Positions 59,294-64,000 of a stretch of 64,000 nucleotides of DNA are shown one piece after another. Every line of letters starts with the position of its first letter. Position 1 is the first letter of the stretch. The stretch lies in assembly GCA_964420365.1 (NCBI GenBank), contig CAYQTA010000077.1, positions 13,070 through 77,069 of the forward strand, in the 5' to 3' direction. The notes under the pieces were generated by a model, which saw only the letters and a program-made list of their open reading frames with translations, was not told the origin of the DNA and searched no databases. The DNA is from an uncultured Acidobacteriota bacterium. Its GTDB lineage: Bacteria > Acidobacteriota > Polarisedimenticolia > J045. A program made the position numbers and the translations under genes.

Positions 59294-59797
59294 ATGCTGC
59301 GTCGATTCCCCCTCCTCCTCCTCCTCTTCCTGGCGCTGGTCGCCGTCCCCACGGCCCTGGCGGCGGACCAGGCCTTCGACCTGAAGGTCCGTCTCGACCT
59401 GCCCCCGGAGGTCACCGCCCGGTTGCACACCGGGGACGTGCTCCAGGTGATTGTCCGCCCGGAGGTGCAGTACGGTCGGCGGACGGCCCCGGGCCAGCCG
59501 GTCGTCTTCGAGAAGGCCTGGGAGCCCGGCCTGGTCCTCGAGCCGATCCGCCTGGCCGGCGTCCTCGAGCCCGACCAGATCTACCGGCTCGAGTTCCGGA
59601 TCGTCCGCAAGGACGAGCGCGGCCGGGAGACCGAGGTTCGTTACCTGTCGGCCCTCGCGAAGCTGCCGCGGCGGCCGGTGGAGAACGGGATCCGGATGCG
59701 GCTGTACCTCGGCCATCCGCGGGACCAGCGGGACAACCACATCCTCGTGACCCGCGACAGCGACGGGGTGTTCCGGGTGATGCTCTTCACGGCCTAG
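59294..59797 (+). CDS. secreted hypothetical protein
   Basis: ATG after GGAGG; signal peptide MLRRFPLLLLLFLALVAVPTALA; GC3-biased. Confidence 0.55.
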   Translation: MLRRFPLLLLLFLALVAVPTALAADQAFDLKVRLDLPPEVTARLHTGDVLQVIVRPEVQYGRRTAPGQPVVFEKAWEPGLVLEPIRLAGVLEPDQIYRLEFRIVRKDERGRETEVRYLSALAKLPRRPVENGIRMRLYLGHPRDQRDNHILVTRDSDGVFRVMLFTA

Positions 59798-59823
59798 GGC
59801 CCGGCCGCCACGACGAGACGACG

Positions 59824-59849
59824 GGGCCCCCTCCCGCGGGAGGGGGCCC
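59824..59849. terminator. bidirectional intrinsic-terminator-like hairpin between convergent genes
   Basis: 11-bp GC stem GGGCCCCCTCC / GGAGGGGGCCC with 4-nt loop, followed by TTCGATTCC. Confidence 0.45.
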
Positions 59850-59872
59850 TTCGATTCCGTGGCCGCCGCGCC

Positions 59873-60733
59873 TCAACGGGCCGGGCGGCACTCCAGGACG
59901 AAGACCGCCCGGCGGTTCTTCGCGTGTTCCTCCTCGGTCCTGGCGTGGGGCACCAGCGGCTCCTCCTCGCCCTTGCTGACCGTCTCGATGACGAGGCCGT
60001 CCATCCCGGGCTCGGCCCGGAGCGCGTCGGCCACGGCCCGGGCCCGCTTCGCGCCGAGGGCGAGGTTGTACTCCGTGGTCCCCCGCTCGTCGCAGTGCCC
60101 CTCGATCGTCACCCGGGCCACCCGGTCCCCGAGTTCCCGCAGGGTTGCCGCGACCTGCCGGATCCAGGCCAGGTCCTGCTCGTCCAGGTCGTAGCGATCG
60201 AAGGCGAAGTGCACGCGGGGAACCGACAGCTTCTTCGCCGCGACCGCGCACGGGTCCGGCTTCGGCGGGGGCACGGTCACGACGAGGGCCCTCGAGGACG
60301 CCAGGGTCACCGGCTTGCCCGACGGGCCGCCCGTCAGGACGGCGGTCACCCGGTAACGCCCGGGCGGAAGGTCTTCCCCGATCGCCAGGCTGCCGGAGTA
60401 GAGACCGTCCTTCCCCTCTTCCAGGGAGATCGTCCGCTTCGTGCCGGACGCCTTCCCGTCGATCCCCTCCAGCGCAACCTCCGCGGTGCGGCCCGCCGTG
60501 GCGCGCAACTGGATGGTGACCGTGTCCCCGGGCTTGGGGGCCCAGGGGCGAACGTCGATGTACTCGATCCGGTCCGGGTGGGGAGGAGCCGCCTCGACCA
60601 CCGCCTCGACGGTGTCGGGGAACTCCTTTGCCAGCTTCTCCCGCGAGGTCGTCGCGCACCCCGCCAGCAGCAGGGTGAGGAGGAGCCCGGCAACCAGTAC
60701 CAGCAGCGTGCTCGTGCGCAGGGTCGTCCGCAT
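59873..60733 (-). CDS. OmpA-family lipoprotein (peptidoglycan-associated, with N-terminal Ig-like domain)
   Basis: Lipobox LLLAGC; C-terminal OmpA_C motif TIEGHCDERGTTEYNLALGAKRARAV. Confidence 0.8.
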   Translation of the reverse strand: MRTTLRTSTLLVLVAGLLLTLLLAGCATTSREKLAKEFPDTVEAVVEAAPPHPDRIEYIDVRPWAPKPGDTVTIQLRATAGRTAEVALEGIDGKASGTKRTISLEEGKDGLYSGSLAIGEDLPPGRYRVTAVLTGGPSGKPVTLASSRALVVTVPPPKPDPCAVAAKKLSVPRVHFAFDRYDLDEQDLAWIRQVAATLRELGDRVARVTIEGHCDERGTTEYNLALGAKRARAVADALRAEPGMDGLVIETVSKGEEEPLVPHARTEEEHAKNRRAVFVLECRPAR

Positions 60734-60780
60734 CGTCTCGCCTCTCTTCCCGGGCGCCGGCGGGCGCCCGGCAGGGAAGG

Positions 60781-62535
60781 TCATCGGTCCCGGCCCGCTC
60801 CCGGCGCGTCGGTCCTCCCGGCGGGGCCGGCGGGGGCGATCGCCCCGCTCGGGGAATCATCCTCGGCGGCGGGGGGCGCTGTCAACGCTCCGGGCCGGGG
60901 GACGCGGGGCCGCTCCGCCGGCACGAGCCAGGCGCGGACCGGAACCCCGTGGACCCGGGGCGGCCGGGGCAATGGCACCGGAACGAACCCGGCCGCCGCG
61001 AGCACCGCCTGCGCCGCCGGCTCCGCCCAGGCGACCAGGATCCGCCGGCGACAGGACTCCCGCAGGACCCCGACCGCCCGGCGTGCCACCGCGGCCGTCC
61101 ACGGGTGGGCGGAGAGATCGCCCTCCCACGGTCGGTCCAGCAGGAACGCCACGTACAGCCCCACGTGTCCCCCGCCGACGACGGCTGCCCGGATTCCCTC
61201 CCGGTCCAGGACCCCGGCGATCTCCCGGGCCGCCACGACCTCCGGGTTCCGGGCACCCGCGAGGCGCCCGGGCAGGTCAGCGAGGACCGGGACCGTGAAG
61301 TCGAGGAGCAGGAGGGAGGCCAGCAGGCCCGCGACGACGCGACGCCGGCCCCGCGCGCCCCCCGCGATCCAGCCCACCGTGCCGAGGCCCGCCGCGAGCG
61401 CGAGGGGCAGGACGGGCCAGAAGTACCGGGTGGAGGAAGCCTGGACCGGAAGGTAGATCAGCACGAGGAGCGCGGCGGGCACGCCCGCCCAGCGCCACCG
61501 GTGGGCTCGCAGGTTCTGCCGGAACGGCCGATGGAACAACAGCCCGGCGAGGAGGAAGGCGGGAGCGAACCGCAGCAGGTCCAGGCCGGCCAGGGAGTCG
61601 AGCGCCTCCCGGTAGTTCCGCATGGAAAGCCGCACCTGGTGCCGGAACTCCCGGGGTCCGTCCAGCGGGGACCAGTGTCGGTAGGGCATCCGGGTCGGGT
61701 CCTCCCAGGCCGTGACCCGCCCGCGCTCGACCTCGTGGATCGTCACGCGGTACGGGTGGACCGGCTCGGACACACCGGGCCCGACGAGGGCATGGTTCAG
61801 CCCCCCGCTGGTGGAAAAGACGAATCCCCCGTACCTGGCCGAGAGCGTCGCCACCCACGGAGCGGCCACGAGGCCGAACACGAGCAGCGTCAGCGCCGCC
61901 GCCCGGCCGGCGCGGCCTGCCGGCGATTCTCCCGCGAAGACGCGGGTCCCGGCGAGACCCACGGTGAACAGCACGGCCAGCGGAAAGGCCACGGCCTTCG
62001 CCAGGTAGGCAAGCCCGAGGAAGATCCCCGCCACTGCCTGGGCGCCCGCGCGGGAGGGCCACCGCTCCGAGACCAGGACGGCCAGGGCCAGGGAGAGGAG
62101 CCCCCCGAGCAGCAGGTCCGGCGTGATGGCCGGCACGGACCACGCGACGGCGGCGGCCACGAGGACCCCGCCCGCCCCGCGAGCCGCCCGGCTCCGGGGA
62201 AGGGCCGACCGCAGGAAGGCGAGCCCCCCGGCGACGAAGACCATGCCGGAGAGGGCAACCGCCGCCCGCCCCGCCGCCAGGGGAGGGAGGCCCAGCCAGC
62301 GGAAGGGGACCATCAGCCAGGGGAGAAGCGGACCCCAGTAGCCGGAAACCGCGAGGGAGAGCCTCCCGGAGGCCCAGTAGCCGGCGAGCCGGACGTAGGC
62401 GATGCCGTCCGGGTTCATCGCCCCGCCGGCCCGGTACCCCGCCCACGCGAGGAGCGGAGCCGCCAGCAGGACCCACCCGACGACGTCCAGCGCCGCCACG
62501 AACCGGCCCGGTCCTCCTGCCCTCTCGCGGGTCAT
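60781..62535 (-). CDS. glycosyltransferase family 39/83 membrane protein (ArnT/PMT-like)
   Basis: About 12 TM helices, N-terminal DxD-like loop, large C-terminal periplasmic domain. Confidence 0.65.
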   Translation of the reverse strand: MTRERAGGPGRFVAALDVVGWVLLAAPLLAWAGYRAGGAMNPDGIAYVRLAGYWASGRLSLAVSGYWGPLLPWLMVPFRWLGLPPLAAGRAAVALSGMVFVAGGLAFLRSALPRSRAARGAGGVLVAAAVAWSVPAITPDLLLGGLLSLALAVLVSERWPSRAGAQAVAGIFLGLAYLAKAVAFPLAVLFTVGLAGTRVFAGESPAGRAGRAAALTLLVFGLVAAPWVATLSARYGGFVFSTSGGLNHALVGPGVSEPVHPYRVTIHEVERGRVTAWEDPTRMPYRHWSPLDGPREFRHQVRLSMRNYREALDSLAGLDLLRFAPAFLLAGLLFHRPFRQNLRAHRWRWAGVPAALLVLIYLPVQASSTRYFWPVLPLALAAGLGTVGWIAGGARGRRRVVAGLLASLLLLDFTVPVLADLPGRLAGARNPEVVAAREIAGVLDREGIRAAVVGGGHVGLYVAFLLDRPWEGDLSAHPWTAAVARRAVGVLRESCRRRILVAWAEPAAQAVLAAAGFVPVPLPRPPRVHGVPVRAWLVPAERPRVPRPGALTAPPAAEDDSPSGAIAPAGPAGRTDAPGAGRDR

Positions 62536-62645
62536 CGTGACGATCTCCCCCGCCCCCCCGGACGAAAACCGCCGCGGCCGGGGCCGCGGCGCGGGTTCCT
62601 GCCTCGAGCTGCCCCGGGATCGCCCCCGGGAAACGTGGTGGAGCC

Positions 62646-62721
62646 GAGGGGGATCGAACCCCTGACCTCGTGACTGCCAGTCACGCGCTCTCCCAGCTGA
62701 GCTACGGCCCCGTCCACCCGG
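62646..62721 (-). tRNA. tRNA-Ala (anticodon GGC)
   Basis: Reverse complement GGGGCCGTAGCTCAGCTGGGAGAGCGCGTGACTGGCAGTCACGAGGTCAGGGGTTCGATCCCCCTCGGCTCCACCA: G3-U70 Ala identity pair, anticodon loop CTGGCAG, encoded CCA. Confidence 0.8.
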
Positions 62722-62836
62722 GGTTCCGGGCGCGGGGAATCCTAGCCGCCGCCCGGAGCCCTGTCAACGCGGCTGGACAGGCCCTTCCCCGGGACCGAAC
62801 GTGACCCCGGGGCCTCCCGCGGGCCCGGGGAGACCG

Positions 62837-63769
62837 ATGACCAGACGACGCCCGACGGCACGCCACCGGGTTCTCTTCCTGCTGGTCGCCCTGGCGATCG
62901 GAGCGGCAGGATCGTGCCGGCACCGGGAGCCACCCCCTCCGCTCCCCGCCCTCGAGTCGCTCGTGCCGGTCTCCGTCCTCCGCGAGCACCTGCGCCGGGA
63001 GGAGCCCCCGCTCGTGGTCGACACGCGGCGGCCCGGCGACTACGGCGTCGGACACCTGCCGGGCGCCGTGAACCTGCCCCTCGAGGACGTCGGGCGGGTG
63101 CCGGACGATGGCCTCGACACGGCCACCCGGGACCGCCTGCGCGGCCTGCTCGTCGACGCGGGCGTTCGCCCGGGGCTCCCGGTGATCGCCGTGGACGAGG
63201 GCTCGCCCCGCGGCTTCACCCGGGCCGCGACGCTCTGCTGGCTTCTCGCCCTGGCCGATCACGACGACTGCCACGTCCTCGAAGGGGGAGTGGAGGCATG
63301 GGGACGGGCCCGTGGACGCCTGGTCACGGCCCGCTTCGTCCCGGTTCGGCCCGGGATGCCGCCGCGGATCCCCGCCCGTCCCCCCGCCTATGCGCCCTTC
63401 GAGGACCTCCGCCGGGCGACGGCGGCCCCCGAGACCGCGATCGTCGACGTGCGCGACGAGGCGGCACCCGGCGGGATCCCGGGCAGCCTGCGGATCCCCC
63501 TCCCCCCGGTGCTGTCTCCCGGGGGCATGGTCGACCGCGCCCGGCTCGCCCGCGAGGCGGAGGCGGCGGGTGCCTACCCGGAGACCGACCTGATCGTCCT
63601 GGGCGAAGACCTTCCGTCGGGCGCCGCCGCGTGGTTCCTCCTCGAGCGCGTTCTCGGCATCCACCCGGCCCGGGTCTACCCCGGGGGCTTCGATCGCTAC
63701 CTCTCGTGGCCGTTCCTTCCCGGGGCCACCGCCGATCCCCCGGCCGGGAAGCGCGCCGCCCAGCCTTGA
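62837..63769 (+). CDS. rhodanese-domain lipoprotein (two rhodanese-like modules; sulfurtransferase-like)
   Basis: ATG after GGGGAG; lipobox AAGSC; rhodanese-like folds with VVDTRRPGDYGVGHLPGAVNLP; second module lacks an obvious active-site Cys. Confidence 0.65.
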   Translation: MTRRRPTARHRVLFLLVALAIGAAGSCRHREPPPPLPALESLVPVSVLREHLRREEPPLVVDTRRPGDYGVGHLPGAVNLPLEDVGRVPDDGLDTATRDRLRGLLVDAGVRPGLPVIAVDEGSPRGFTRAATLCWLLALADHDDCHVLEGGVEAWGRARGRLVTARFVPVRPGMPPRIPARPPAYAPFEDLRRATAAPETAIVDVRDEAAPGGIPGSLRIPLPPVLSPGGMVDRARLAREAEAAGAYPETDLIVLGEDLPSGAAAWFLLERVLGIHPARVYPGGFDRYLSWPFLPGATADPPAGKRAAQP

Positions 63770-63811
63770 CGACCGCCCGTTCCGTCCGTACCCTTTGCTT
63801 CGCTCCGCTGC

Positions 63812-63885
63812 TGGGGAGTCGTCCAATGGCAGGACATGCGGCTCTGGACCGCAGAATCGGGGTTCGAATCCCTGCTCCCCAGCCA
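63812..63885 (+). tRNA. tRNA-Gln (anticodon CUG)
   Basis: TGGGGAGTCGTCCAATGGCAGGACATGCGGCTCTGGACCGCAGAATCGGGGTTCGAATCCCTGCTCCCCAGCCA: U1-A72 start typical of bacterial tRNA-Gln, anticodon loop CTCTGGA, encoded G-CCA. Confidence 0.8.
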
Positions 63886-64000
63886 CGTCCCCCGGGGACG
63901 GAGCGCGTCCTGTACCCCCCGCTCCCGCGGCGCCGTCCACCGGGATCCCGGTCGCGGCATCATCGGGCGGAGCCGCCCGCGGCACGGCGACGGTTGCTGG

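Noticed and set aside
62532-62717. 61-aa minus ORF
   Set aside because: Fully overlaps the tRNA-Ala gene

Overview
This is a 64 kb, roughly 70% GC chromosomal segment from a diderm (Gram-negative-type) bacterium. Gene density is high, strands alternate, and many adjacent genes are translationally coupled through ATGA/GTGA start-stop overlaps. In the six-frame track the true genes are embedded in long spurious alternative-frame ORFs, which is normal for GC-rich DNA. I called genes from recognisable conserved motifs, signal peptides, RBS-like purine tracts and GC3 bias.

What I can support:
- About 55 CDSs, mostly housekeeping and envelope functions: glgP-like phosphorylase, PBP1A, mreB-mreC-mreD-mrdA-rodA, ppiD, rng, hisS, a Sir2 deacetylase, AsmA and OmpA-family proteins.
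- Three tRNAs: His(GUG), Ala(GGC) and Gln(CUG).
- A tRNA promoter candidate and three intrinsic-terminator-like hairpins.
- No CRISPR arrays, IS elements or prophage genes.

Loci that deserve a second look:
1. A small Gly/Ala-rich, Cys-free protein gene sits directly downstream of an 838-aa three-module protein (PqqD-like peptide-binding domain, HExxH intramembrane metalloprotease, HlyD-like adaptor). This looks like an undescribed peptide maturation/export cassette.
2. Six genes are translationally coupled: a PLP Cys/Met-family lyase, a B12-binding radical-SAM::DUF2344 fusion, then a split ABC exporter with two HlyD adaptors, one of them internally duplicated.
3. A ParA/MinD-type ATPase carries a C-terminal CBM48 glycogen-binding module and is coupled to a hypothetical partner gene.
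4. The tRNA-His gene has no encoded G-1, a G1-U72 pair and A73, and lies next to an elongated hisS.

Other notable items are an OlsA/OlsB-like aminolipid gene pair and two sensor diguanylate cyclases.

Coordinates come from hand indexing and may be off by 1-2 nt. Start codons are best guesses, and several are GTG or TTG.
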